A stretch of 64,000 nt of DNA from Thermoplasmata archaeon (lineage in GTDB: Archaea; Thermoplasmatota; Thermoplasmata; Lutacidiplasmatales; UBA184). The notes beneath the pieces are model-generated. The model was not told where the DNA came from. It searched no databases and was given only the letters and a program-made list of their open reading frames with translations. Positions within the stretch are counted from its first letter, which is position 1, and every line of letters begins with the position of its first letter. Made by a program: the position numbers and the translations under genes. Shown piece by piece: positions 27,066 through 36,026 of the stretch. The DNA lies in contig DATGZO010000012.1 of the NCBI GenBank assembly GCA_035297105.1, positions 63,822-127,821 on the forward strand. The letters are read 5' to 3'.

Positions 27066-28562
27066 ATGCCTTCGAAGGTCGAGCAGTTCGGTCTGTTCAT
27101 TAACGGCAAGTGGAGCTCGCCGGCCAACGCGAAGCGATTCGAAACGGTGAACCCGGCGACCCGGGAACCGCTCGCCTCCTTCGTCGCGGGCACCCCCGCC
27201 GACGTGGACCGGGCCATCTCTGCGGCCCACGCGGCCTTCCCCGCGTGGCGGGACACGCCGGCTCCCAAGCGGGGCACCCTCCTGCTCGAAGCCGCCCGCA
27301 TCCTGACCGAACGGAAGAGCGCGGTCGGGCGGATCGTCACGCAGGAGATGGGGAAGGTCATCAGCGAGGGCCTGGGCGACGTCCAGGAATCGATCGACTT
27401 CATCGAGTACATGGCCGGCGAGGGACGGCGTCTGGTCGGCGAAACGGTCCCCTCGGAGCTGCGGTCCAAGTTCTGTCTCACCGTGCGCCAGCCGAAGGGG
27501 GTGGTCGCCTGCATCACGCCCTGGAACTTCCCCACCGCCATCCCGAACTGGAAGATCGCGGCGGCCCTCATCACGGGCAACACGATCGTATTCAAGCCCG
27601 CCTCCAACACCGCGCTCTGCGCGGCTCAGGTCGTCAAGGTCTACGAATCCGCGGGGATCCCGCCCGGGGTCCTCAATTTCGTCACCGGTTCCGGCAGTGT
27701 CGTCGGCACCGCCCTCGTCGAGGACCCCCGGATCCGGACGATCTCGTTCACGGGAGGTGTCGAGACCGGCCGGGATGTCTACGTGCGCGGCGCCAAGGGC
27801 CTCAAGATGGTCCACTTGGAGCTCGGAGGCAAGAACCCGGTGATCGTCATGGACGACGCGAACCTTCCCCTTGCCCTGGATGGCGTCCTGTTCGGCGCGT
27901 TCGGCACGAGCGGCCAGCGCTGCACCGCGACCAGCCGGCTCATCCTGCACGAGAAGGTCTACTCTCAGTTCCTCGGCATGCTCACCGACCGGCTGAAGAA
28001 GTTCACGGTCGGGGACCCGCTCGACCCGAAGACGGGGATGGGACCGGTCGCGTCGGCGGACCAGGAGCGCAAGATCTTGGAGTACATCGCGATCGGGAAG
28101 AAGGAGGCCAAGCTCGTCTGCGGCGGCGAGAAGCTGAAGGGCGGGATCTACGACCGCGGGTACTTCCTCGCCCCGACGATCTTCGAGACCCGCCACGGCA
28201 GTCGGATCTCGAAGGAGGAGATCTTCGGGCCCGTGCTCTCCGTGATCAAGGTCGCGGACTACGCCGAGGCGGTCCGGGTCGCGAACGACGTCGAGTACGG
28301 TCTCTCCTCCTCCATCTACACGCGCGACGTGAACCGGGCCTTCCGGGCGATCGAGGACCTCGAGGCGGGGATCACGTACGTCAACGCGCCCACGATCGGG
28401 GCGGAGGTCCACCTTCCCTTCGGGGGCGTCAAGAACACCGGGAACGGCGGCCGGGAGGCCGGCTCGGCCGCGATCGAGGAGTTCACCGAGGTCAAGACGG
28501 TCTTCGTCGACTTCTCCGACAAGCTCCAGAAGGCGCAGATCGACTCCGAAACGGCGGCATGA
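27066..28562 (+). CDS. NAD(P)-dependent aldehyde dehydrogenase
   Basis: 'FTGGVETGR', catalytic 'ELGGKNP' and 'GQRCTATSR' (Cys), 'EEIFGPV'. The 5' part of the track ORF upstream of the ATG at 27066 is artefact. Confidence 0.85.
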   Translation: MPSKVEQFGLFINGKWSSPANAKRFETVNPATREPLASFVAGTPADVDRAISAAHAAFPAWRDTPAPKRGTLLLEAARILTERKSAVGRIVTQEMGKVISEGLGDVQESIDFIEYMAGEGRRLVGETVPSELRSKFCLTVRQPKGVVACITPWNFPTAIPNWKIAAALITGNTIVFKPASNTALCAAQVVKVYESAGIPPGVLNFVTGSGSVVGTALVEDPRIRTISFTGGVETGRDVYVRGAKGLKMVHLELGGKNPVIVMDDANLPLALDGVLFGAFGTSGQRCTATSRLILHEKVYSQFLGMLTDRLKKFTVGDPLDPKTGMGPVASADQERKILEYIAIGKKEAKLVCGGEKLKGGIYDRGYFLAPTIFETRHGSRISKEEIFGPVLSVIKVADYAEAVRVANDVEYGLSSSIYTRDVNRAFRAIEDLEAGITYVNAPTIGAEVHLPFGGVKNTGNGGREAGSAAIEEFTEVKTVFVDFSDKLQKAQIDSETAA

Positions 28563-28765
28563 CCGGCTTCCGAGGCTCTGACGACCAACTCGACCGCGAG
28601 ATCGCGGCCATCGAGGGGATCGCCCGGGTCCGCGTGCGCCGCGCCGCGGCGGAGCTGCGCGACCTCGACCGGGACCTGCGCGAGCTGAAGCGGGAACGCG
28701 CCCGCCGTCGGTCGATGGTCAGCGAGAACCTCCCGACGGAGGAATCCGTGCCTGTCCCCGGCTGA
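28559..28765 (+). CDS. Small hypothetical protein (68 aa), start overlapping the aldehyde-dehydrogenase stop
   Basis: ATGA overlap at 28559-28562. Arg/Glu-rich helical sequence. Weak evidence. Confidence 0.25.
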   Translation: MTGFRGSDDQLDREIAAIEGIARVRVRRAAAELRDLDRDLRELKRERARRRSMVSENLPTEESVPVPG

Positions 28766-28774
28766 CCGACCCGG

Positions 28775-30257
28775 TCAGAACGGTCCGGTCCGGCCCGGGT
28801 TGTCGAAGTTCGTGAGGAGGAGCTGCCCGCGCGAGCGCGGACGGCCCACCGGCGCGATGAGCGGGTCCTCCTCGAGGGCCGGCATCGTGTCGGAGATCGG
28901 GACATCGACCAGGATCTCCCGGGTGCGTCCGCCCCGGCCGCGGGAGACGATCGTCGCCCGGATCAGGCCGAGGGATTCGAGCTCGGAGACGTAGTTGGAG
29001 ATCGAGCGGGCATGGAGAGGCTGGAGTCCCAAGCGCTCGGCGAGTCGGCGGTAGGCATCGTACACTTCTCCCGTGAGGACCCCGTTGCGCCGACGCTCGC
29101 ACGCCTGCAGGATCGCGTAGAGGAGGACCTTGCAGTGCGGCGGGAGCGTGCGGCAACAGTCCAGGATGATGTCCTGCTCGAGCCGGTTCTTCGCCTTCAC
29201 GACGTGGTCGGGCGTGATCCGCTTCGCCCGGTCCCGCTCCGCCATCTCGGCCGAGAGGCGGAGGAGGGCGAGGGCCCGGCGGGCGTCCCCGTTCTCGAGC
29301 GCGGCGTACGCGGCGCACCGCTCCACCACGCCCGGGTCGATGACCCCGTCGCGGAACGCTTCCTTTGCCCGGTCCCTAAGGATGTCCTGGAGCTGGAGCG
29401 CATCGTACGGCGGGAAGAGGATCTTCTCCTCGTTCAAGCGGCTGCGAACGCGCGCGTCGAGATGGTTCGTGAACTTCAAGTCGTTCGAGATCCCGAGCAG
29501 GATGAGGCGCGCGAGCTCGAGCTCGGTGTTGAGCTGGCTCAAGGTGTAGAGGACGCTGTCGCCGGACCGCGCCACGAGCCGGTCGATCTCATCGAGGACC
29601 AAGATGACGGTGCCGCCCTTCGTGTCGAGCAGTCGCCGCATGGCGGCCTGCACCCGGTCGAGCGACCAGCCGGTCGGGATCCGCTCGGCCTCCGTCTTCG
29701 CGAACGTGTTGCCCACGTTCTGCAGGAGCCCGTACGGCGTGTCGATGTTGCCGCAGTTGATGTAGATGAACGAGATGTGGCTCGCGAGCTCGGTGCGGCG
29801 CATCACGTCCTGGCGCACTTGGGCCACGACCGCGGTCTTCCCGGTCCCGATCTTGCCGTAGATCAGGAGGTTCGAGGGAGTATCGCCGCGGAGAGCGGGG
29901 GCGAGGACCTCGGCCACCTGGCGGATCTGCTCCTCCCGGTGCGGCAGGCGGCTGGGTATGTAGGAGTCGCGTAGGATCTCTCGGCTGCCGCGATAGAGCT
30001 CGCTCTTCGTCTCGAGAAGGGAGTCGATGAACGCGCCGGCGGTGGCGGTGGGTGCGGGTGGAGGGGCGGGGCTCCCCAATACGGGAGCCGTCGCCGGACC
30101 TCCACCCGTTGGGCGGTCGCTGACGGGGACGACCGCCCCGGTGGCGAAGGGCACTGGGTCTTGCCGGTCGGAGATGTCTATCGACCGGTTCTCAGGAGCA
30201 GGTGACACCGTCGATGCCTGCCCGGGCCTCGGGCGGGCTGTCGCACGTGCGAGGGCC
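28775..30257 (-). CDS. orc1: Orc1/Cdc6 replication initiator with Pro/Ala-rich N-terminal extension
   Basis: 'LLIYGKIGTGKTAVV' Walker A, 'ILVLDEID' Walker B, C-terminal winged helix. 'PSRLPHREEQI' matches the conserved Orc1 N-terminal motif. Start placed at MALARATA (30257); the alternative is 30427. Confidence 0.8.
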
Positions 30258-30354
30258 ATATCTACCTTTGGTAGATTTTTTTCGGCGAGTGACGTCGAAC
30301 GCGGAAATTTCTCCGGGTACCGGCTCGCGTCGCGACGTGACCTGGGTCGACGGC
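30258..30354. promoter_or_regulatory. orc1 upstream region: 7-bp hairpin ATCTACC-TTT-GGTAGAT, T7 run and GGAAATTTCTCC near-palindrome; candidate leaderless promoter and/or origin element
   Basis: Read directly. On the minus strand it reads AAAAAAATCTACCAAAGGTAGAT immediately 5' of the orc1 ATG. This is the most AT-rich stretch in a GC-rich locus. Confidence 0.35.
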
Positions 30355-30516
30355 TCACGCGCACTCGAGCGGCGTCGCATCCCAAGGGTCGAACCGCTCC
30401 CGACACTTCGGACAGTAAAGATAGCACTGGACTTCGCCGGAGATCGGGCCCTCCAGCAGTGCGCCGCAGTCGGGGCAGCGTCCCGGGGGAGGCCCCGATT
30501 CGGTCGTTCCGGCCAT
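30355..30516 (-). CDS. Small zinc-ribbon protein
   Basis: 'CPDCGALLEGPISGEVQCYLYCPKCRERF' is a CxxC...CxxC ribbon. Start taken at the internal Met. Confidence 0.4.
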   Translation of the reverse strand: MAGTTESGPPPGRCPDCGALLEGPISGEVQCYLYCPKCRERFDPWDATPLECA

Positions 30517-30598
30517 CGCGAAGGGAGGGTCAGGGAGCGGATGACCCTTCGGGATTCCGACCGAATCCATTTGAAGGGGGGGCTCCTCGCCGCTACCG

Positions 30599-30823
30599 AT
30601 GTCGGAGTACGGGGACGCGCACCACGCGGGGACAAAGGCCCACGTGCGCAGCCCGATCAATGTCGGTTGGGTCGTTCTCGCCGCGCTCCTGATCGGGAGC
30701 GGACTCTTCCTGATCGCCTACTGGCTCTACATGTTCGACCTCCGGTACTCCTTCGGCATCGCCCTCGTCGTGATCGGGGGGCTCATGCTGTTCCACCCCC
30801 GGGCCGGCTTGGACCACGCCTGA
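30599..30823 (+). CDS. Small membrane protein (two TM helices)
   Basis: 'VGWVVLAALLIGSGLFLIAYWLYMF' and 'FGIALVVIGGLMLF' are hydrophobic; coding GC3 bias. Confidence 0.4.
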   Translation: MSEYGDAHHAGTKAHVRSPINVGWVVLAALLIGSGLFLIAYWLYMFDLRYSFGIALVVIGGLMLFHPRAGLDHA

Positions 30824-30838
30824 CGAAGGACCCATCTC

Positions 30839-31678
30839 ATGGCGGCCTCACCGGGGACGACCCCGCCGGTGATCGTCAAGCTCGGGGGGAGCGTGATCAC
30901 CCGGAAGCGCGAGGTGGAGCACCTCCGCCCGAAGATCCTCCGTCGCCTCGCCGAGGAGCTCGCCGCGTGCCGGGACATTCCCCTGATCGTGCTCCACGGG
31001 GCCGGATCGTTCGGCCACCCGGGCGCCCAGCGGTTCGGACTCGCCCGAGCTCCGGACGCCGCGATCTCCCCGGCGCAGCGGGCTCGGGGCGCGGCGATCG
31101 TCGCCGCGGAAGTGCGTCGCCTGCATCTCGCCGTCCTCCGCGAGCTCGTGCGCGCGGGCGTGTCGCCGGGCTCCGTGCCGCCGGCGACCCACGCGATGAA
31201 CCGCGCGGGCCGTCTCGAGACGTTCGACCCGACTCCGTTCAGGACCGTCCTCGATTCGGGGCTCACCCCGGTGTCGTTCGGGGACGTGGTCCCGGACCGG
31301 GCGTGGGGATGGTCGATCCTCAGCGCGGACACGATGGCGATCTCCCTCGCCGCCGCCTTCCGGGTGGAGCGGGTCCTGTTCGTCAGCGACGTCCCGGGGA
31401 TCCTGGAACCCGGGACCCAGGGGCGGCCGGTCGCCCTTCCGAACGTCACCGAGTCGGTCGTTGAAGGGCTTCGGCCCCGCGGCGGAACCCCCGACGTCAC
31501 CGGTGGCATCCGGGGGAAGGCCGAGGCGATGCTCGCCATCGCCCGTCTCGGCGCGGACGCAGGTCTTATTAGTGGACTCAAGGATGGAGAGCTCTCGCGC
31601 GCGGTGCGGGGGGAATCCGTCTACGGGAGCTGGGCCCACGGACGACCCAGCGACGGCCCCGGATCGAACCGGACTTGA
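30839..31678 (+). CDS. ipk: Isopentenyl phosphate kinase (amino-acid-kinase fold)
   Basis: 'VIVKLGGSVITRK', 'LIVLHGAGSFGHPGA' and 'DVTGGIRGK' match IPK/fosfomycin-kinase family motifs. Adjacent to IDI-2. Confidence 0.75.
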   Translation: MAASPGTTPPVIVKLGGSVITRKREVEHLRPKILRRLAEELAACRDIPLIVLHGAGSFGHPGAQRFGLARAPDAAISPAQRARGAAIVAAEVRRLHLAVLRELVRAGVSPGSVPPATHAMNRAGRLETFDPTPFRTVLDSGLTPVSFGDVVPDRAWGWSILSADTMAISLAAAFRVERVLFVSDVPGILEPGTQGRPVALPNVTESVVEGLRPRGGTPDVTGGIRGKAEAMLAIARLGADAGLISGLKDGELSRAVRGESVYGSWAHGRPSDGPGSNRT

Positions 31679-32729
31679 CTTAAGCCACCGGAAGGCGGAA
31701 CACGTCAAGGTCGTCCTGGGCCAGAAGGTCGAAGGACGGTACCGTTACTGGGACGACATCCAACTGATCCATCGGGCCCTCCCGGACATCGACTTTGATG
31801 AGATCGACCCCTCGACGACCCTGCTCGGCCACCGTCTGGCCGCCCCGATCGTGATCACCGGGATGACCGGGGGCTTTCCGGATGCGAAGAAGATCAACGA
31901 GAACCTCGCCCGCGCCGCGGCGGAGGTCGGCGTCGCGATGGGCGTGGGCAGCGAGCGGGCGGCCGTGCTGAAGGGGCAGTACCCCGAGAGCTACTCGTGC
32001 GTCGCCCAGTACGCCGTCCCGCTCAAGTTCGCCAACATCGGGGCGCCCCAGATCATCCCGCAAAAACCCCACGACCAGGTCGTAGGCCCCACGGAGGTGC
32101 GTGCCGCGATGGAGCTGATCCACGCGGACGTGCTCGCGATCCACCTGAACTTCCTCCAGGAGATGGTACAGCCCGAGGGGGACCGGAAGGCGCGCGGGGT
32201 TTTGGAGCAGATCGGAGTTCTTGCGGCCCAGTTCCCGGTCCTGGTCAAGGAGACCGGCGCGGGCATCTCACGGGCGGTCGCGGAGGACCTGCGCGACCGG
32301 AAGGTACGGGCGTTCGACGTAAGTGGGACGGGAGGGACCTCCTTCGCCGCGGTCGAGCACTATCGAGCGGTCGCCCAGGGCGCCGAGCGGGAAGCCCGAG
32401 TGGGCAAGACGTTCTGGGACTGGGGCATCCCCTCTCCGGTCTCCGTCCTACAGCTGGTGCCGCTCGGCCTTCCCGTGGTCGCGAGCGGAGGCGTCCGCTC
32501 GGGCCTCGACGTGGCCCGGGCCCTCTCGCTCGGAGCCTCGGCCGCCGGTACCGCCGCGGGGGTCCTGCGCTCGGCCTCGGAAGGATACGAGGCGACCCGG
32601 CGCGAGCTCGACCACCTGGTCCACGAACTCAAGGTCGCCATGTTCCTCACCGGTTCGCGGACCGTGGCGGAGCTCCAGCGTGCGCCCCATGTGATCACCG
32701 GGGAGAGCCGACAGTGGCTGTCCCACTAG
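31584..32729 (+). CDS. fni: Isopentenyl-diphosphate delta-isomerase type 2 (FMN-dependent)
   Basis: 'SHRKAEHVKV' N-terminal motif, 'PIVITGMTGG', 'VKETGAGIS', 'ASGGVRSGLDVARALSLGA' TIM-barrel FMN motifs. No canonical start lies close to the conserved N-terminus, so the ATG at 31584 (overlapping ipk by ~95 bp) was used. Confidence 0.7.
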   Translation: MESSRARCGGNPSTGAGPTDDPATAPDRTGLDLSHRKAEHVKVVLGQKVEGRYRYWDDIQLIHRALPDIDFDEIDPSTTLLGHRLAAPIVITGMTGGFPDAKKINENLARAAAEVGVAMGVGSERAAVLKGQYPESYSCVAQYAVPLKFANIGAPQIIPQKPHDQVVGPTEVRAAMELIHADVLAIHLNFLQEMVQPEGDRKARGVLEQIGVLAAQFPVLVKETGAGISRAVAEDLRDRKVRAFDVSGTGGTSFAAVEHYRAVAQGAEREARVGKTFWDWGIPSPVSVLQLVPLGLPVVASGGVRSGLDVARALSLGASAAGTAAGVLRSASEGYEATRRELDHLVHELKVAMFLTGSRTVAELQRAPHVITGESRQWLSH

Positions 32730-34261
32730 GCGACTCACCGCCCTCCCCGGAGGAGATCCACCGCACCAAGCTCGAGGCGCTCCGAGCCGGCGGCGCCGGT
32801 CCGCTTCCCTCGAACGTCGATTGGGTCAACTCGCTCGCCCCCGAAGCCCGCGCCCGGTACGCCTCCTCGGTGCGACGAAAGCCGTCCCGGACCCTCTCGG
32901 GCGTTGCGATCGTCGCGGTGATGACCGCTCCTGCCCGATGTCCCCACGGGCGGTGCACCTACTGCCCCGGCGGCGTGGAGAACGCGAGCCCGCAGAGCTA
33001 CACGGGCGAGGAACCCAGCGCCCTAAGGGGCGCGCAATTCCACTGGGACTCCGCGGCGATCACGCGGAACCGCCTCGAGACCCTGGACGCCATCGGACAC
33101 CCGACCAGCAAGGTCGAGGTCATCGTCATGGGCGGAACGTTCCCCTCCCGGCCCCGCCCCTATCAGGAGGGAGTGCTGCGCGGCATCTACGAGGGTCTCA
33201 ACGGGAACCCGGCCCCGTCCCTCGAAGCAGCGATCCGGGCGAACGAGACGGCCGCCCACCGAATGGTGGGACTCACGGTCGAGACCCGGCCGGACTGGTG
33301 CGACGGACGGGTCCTCCCGTTCCTCCTGGATGCGGGGGTGACGCGGGTCGAGGTCGGGGTCGAGTGCCTCCGGGACGACGTGCTCGACGCCGTCGGGCGA
33401 GCTCACGGCGTGGGCGACGTCACGACCGCCAGCCGGGAGACACGGGACCGGGGCCTCAAGGTCGGCTACCATCTCATGCTCGGTCTCCCCGGCATGGACC
33501 CGGACCGGGACTTCGCCGATTTCGTCCGCCTGTTCGAAGATCCCGCCTTCCGGCCGGATTTCCTCAAGATCTACCCGACCCTGGTGATCCCCGGGACGAC
33601 GCTCTACGACGACTGGAGGGCCGGTCGGTACCTCCCCTACGACACTCCGACGGCGGCCGCCCTCCTCGCGCGCATGAAGGCGATCCTGCCGCCGTGGGTG
33701 CGCATCCAACGGATCCAGCGGGACATTCCCTCGCGCCTGATCGCGGACGGCGTCCGGACGAGCAACCTACGAGAGCTCGCCGTCGCCCGGCTCGCGCTTG
33801 AGGGGCGAAAGTGTCGGTGCCTGCGATGCCGCGAAGGAGGGCGACGGGCGACTCCTCCGCCCGAGGCGTTCCTACCTTTCCGCACCGAGTACCTCGCCTC
33901 GGGCGGGCGGGAGATCTTCCTTTCCGTCGAAGCGCCCGAGACCGACACGATCGCGGGTTTCCTCCGCCTTCGGTTCCCTTCGCCCGAGACCGTCGGCGGT
34001 CTCGCCTCCCCGGTCATTCGCGAGCTCAAAGTGGTCGGCCGGGAGGTTCCCGTGGGAGCCGCCGGTGGCGGTTCGGGGGAGTACCAGCACCACGGATTCG
34101 GAAGGGGGTTGATTGAGCGGGCCGAGGAGGAGGCCCGCGCAGCCGGCTTCGACCGGATCATCGTGACGAGCGCGGTCGGGACCCGGGAGTACTACCGGGC
34201 CCGGGGGTTCCATACGGACGGTCCCCTCATGTCGAAGCCACTTCCCGCCCGAGCAGGGTAA
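32714..34261 (+). CDS. elp3: Elp3-family tRNA uridine(34) carboxymethyl-modifying enzyme (radical SAM + GNAT acetyltransferase)
   Basis: 'CPHGRCTYCPGG' radical-SAM cluster. C-terminal 'EYQHHGFGRGLIERAEEEA' GNAT acetyl-CoA motif. GTG start at 32714 overlaps the fni stop. Upstream part of the 754-aa track ORF is artefact. Confidence 0.8.
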   Translation: MAVPLGDSPPSPEEIHRTKLEALRAGGAGPLPSNVDWVNSLAPEARARYASSVRRKPSRTLSGVAIVAVMTAPARCPHGRCTYCPGGVENASPQSYTGEEPSALRGAQFHWDSAAITRNRLETLDAIGHPTSKVEVIVMGGTFPSRPRPYQEGVLRGIYEGLNGNPAPSLEAAIRANETAAHRMVGLTVETRPDWCDGRVLPFLLDAGVTRVEVGVECLRDDVLDAVGRAHGVGDVTTASRETRDRGLKVGYHLMLGLPGMDPDRDFADFVRLFEDPAFRPDFLKIYPTLVIPGTTLYDDWRAGRYLPYDTPTAAALLARMKAILPPWVRIQRIQRDIPSRLIADGVRTSNLRELAVARLALEGRKCRCLRCREGGRRATPPPEAFLPFRTEYLASGGREIFLSVEAPETDTIAGFLRLRFPSPETVGGLASPVIRELKVVGREVPVGAAGGGSGEYQHHGFGRGLIERAEEEARAAGFDRIIVTSAVGTREYYRARGFHTDGPLMSKPLPARAG

Positions 34262-34327
34262 CGCCCGTAACAACGGGAACGGGGGCTCCGCAACGCTTTA
34301 GCCCGGCCGCGCCCCCAAGGGGGCCCC

Positions 34328-34522
34328 ATGACCGACCGATCGTCGGGGGGCTCCGCCGCCCCGTCCCCCAGCCGCAGCCGGTGTCGCTGCGGCCATCTCC
34401 CGACCCACCACATGGTGGTGCTTCCGATCGGCACGTCCGACAGCTTCCGTCTGGACCCGTCCGGGCCGTGTGCGATCTGCGGGGAGGGCGTCTGCCGCCA
34501 CTTCGCGCCGGGCGGGGTATGA
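34328..34522 (+). CDS. Small Cys/His-rich putative metal-binding protein (64 aa)
   Basis: 'CRCGHLPTHHMVVLPIG...CAICGEGVCRH' in the convergent intergenic gap between elp3 and the SRPBCC gene. Weak. Confidence 0.25.
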   Translation: MTDRSSGGSAAPSPSRSRCRCGHLPTHHMVVLPIGTSDSFRLDPSGPCAICGEGVCRHFAPGGV

Positions 34523-34538
34523 CGTCGCGCGGGCCGCC

Positions 34539-34994
34539 TCAGCCGTAGGCGGCCTTGATCATGTAATCCTTGAGCAGCTGGAGACGGTCGTCCCACAGGT
34601 GGAAATGCCACGAGCGGGCCTCCTCCCAGGCCTCCCCACTCCCCCAGCCGGAGTGTTCGAGCGTGATGTCGATCCCCTCGGGCGACTCCTGGAGACGGAC
34701 GTAGACATGGGTCTTCGGCTCCGGTTGGTTCATCAACGCGGCGAAGGTGGGAGGCGCCTGCCAGGAGAAGCCGAGCTCGAGGTCGGGCGTCAACTCCCGG
34801 ATCACGCCGCGGCTCTCGAACGCGACGGGCTCCTTCCAACCCAGGACGTACTTCCCTCCCGGTCGGAGGTCGACCTCCGCGGAGTCCGCGAGCCATCCCG
34901 TCAATTGCGCAGGGTTCGTGAACGCCCCGTATATCATCGGGATCGGGAGGGGAACCGTGACCTGGATCAGGATCGGGTCGAGGGTGTCGTCCAC
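34539..34994 (-). CDS. SRPBCC-superfamily protein (Aha1/polyketide-cyclase-like)
   Basis: 151 aa; 'GGKYVLGWKEP' and 'FSWQAPP...THVYVRLQESP' pattern typical of AHSA1/START-like ligand-binding domains. Confidence 0.55.
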   Translation of the reverse strand: MDDTLDPILIQVTVPLPIPMIYGAFTNPAQLTGWLADSAEVDLRPGGKYVLGWKEPVAFESRGVIRELTPDLELGFSWQAPPTFAALMNQPEPKTHVYVRLQESPEGIDITLEHSGWGSGEAWEEARSWHFHLWDDRLQLLKDYMIKAAYG

Positions 34995-35070
34995 GGCTTC
35001 CCGTTCCCGCGACCGGGCCTAAAGGGTTTTGCCTCCGAATCGGACCGCCTCAGGAGCGCCTCCCGACCGC

Positions 35071-35082
35071 ACGTTCATATAG
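35071..35082 (+). promoter_or_regulatory. TATA-box-like element (TTCATATAGC) about 27 bp upstream of tRNA-Pro
   Basis: Read directly. Spacing matches the archaeal TATA-to-TSS distance. Confidence 0.45.
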
Positions 35083-35108
35083 CGAGGCAGAGTGGGCGAC
35101 CCCCGTCT

Positions 35109-35183
35109 GGGACTGTGGGGTAGCTTGGTCCATCCTTCGGGGTTCGGGACTCCGAGACGCCAGTTCAAATCTGGCCAGTCCCA
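35109..35183 (+). tRNA. tRNA-Pro (anticodon CGG)
   Basis: Acceptor GGGACTG/CAGTCCC plus discriminator A. Anticodon stem CGGGG/CTCCG with loop TTCGGGA (U33, CGG, G37). T-arm GCCAG-TTCAAAT-CTGGC. CCA not encoded. Confidence 0.8.
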
Positions 35184-35216
35184 CTGCCGGCCCGCGGGCC
35201 GGTCCGCCCGGCCGCG

Positions 35217-35933
35217 CTAGAACTTCTCGACGAGCTTGCGGACGGCCGCCCCACCATGCTGGAGGACGGGTCCCCCGTGGTAGCTCATGAGGGAGTCGAC
35301 CGAGAGCTGGCTCATGCGACGCGCGGAGATCTGGGCCGTCGGAGTGTGGTGGGTGTACTCGGGGGGGGTGAGCGTGATCTGGTTCCCGGCGCCGAAGAAC
35401 AGGTCGCCCGAGAAGAGGATCTTGCGCTCCGCCTGGTAATACGACGTGTGGCCGGGGGTGTGTCCGGGTGTGTGGTAGGCGATCAACCCTCCCGCCGCGT
35501 CCACCGCGTCCCCATCCTTCAGGACCTCGTCCACCTGGAACGGTTCCGCGGGGGGGGTCCCGGGTCCGTCGTACTTGGGCCGCTCGGCGATGTAGGCCGC
35601 CTCGATCCAGTGGGCAAAGGTGCGCGCCCGGGTCTTCTGGGCCAGGTGCTTCAGCGACCCGGTGTGGTCCCGGTGCAGGTGGGTGAGGAGGATCTTCGTG
35701 ACCGAAGTCGGCTCGACCTTTATCTTCGTGAGATACGCCTCCACCTTCTCGAAGGCCCCGGGGAGACCGGTATCGATCAAGGTCCAGGTCGAACCCTTGT
35801 CCCGTACGAGGTAGACGTGGGTCGTGAAGCTCGGATCCGGGTCGATCCCGTCGATCAGGTGCACTCCGGGTAGGATTTCGCCCATGGTCGTGGACGCGGG
35901 AGTCGCCGGGGCGATAAATCCGTTCGGAGCCAC
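35217..35933 (-). CDS. MBL-fold metallo-hydrolase
   Basis: 'LTHLHRDHTGS' (HxHxDH) and downstream His/Asp ligands ('YHTPGHTPGH'). Confidence 0.75.
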   Translation of the reverse strand: MAPNGFIAPATPASTTMGEILPGVHLIDGIDPDPSFTTHVYLVRDKGSTWTLIDTGLPGAFEKVEAYLTKIKVEPTSVTKILLTHLHRDHTGSLKHLAQKTRARTFAHWIEAAYIAERPKYDGPGTPPAEPFQVDEVLKDGDAVDAAGGLIAYHTPGHTPGHTSYYQAERKILFSGDLFFGAGNQITLTPPEYTHHTPTAQISARRMSQLSVDSLMSYHGGPVLQHGGAAVRKLVEKF

Positions 35934-36026
35934 CCGGAGACGGGCGAAACCCCCATCGGCGGGGGTCGGCGCTCGGGAGTACCTCTACCGGAGTGATTTT
36001 ATAGTAAAAGAACGCAGGTTCGAGAG

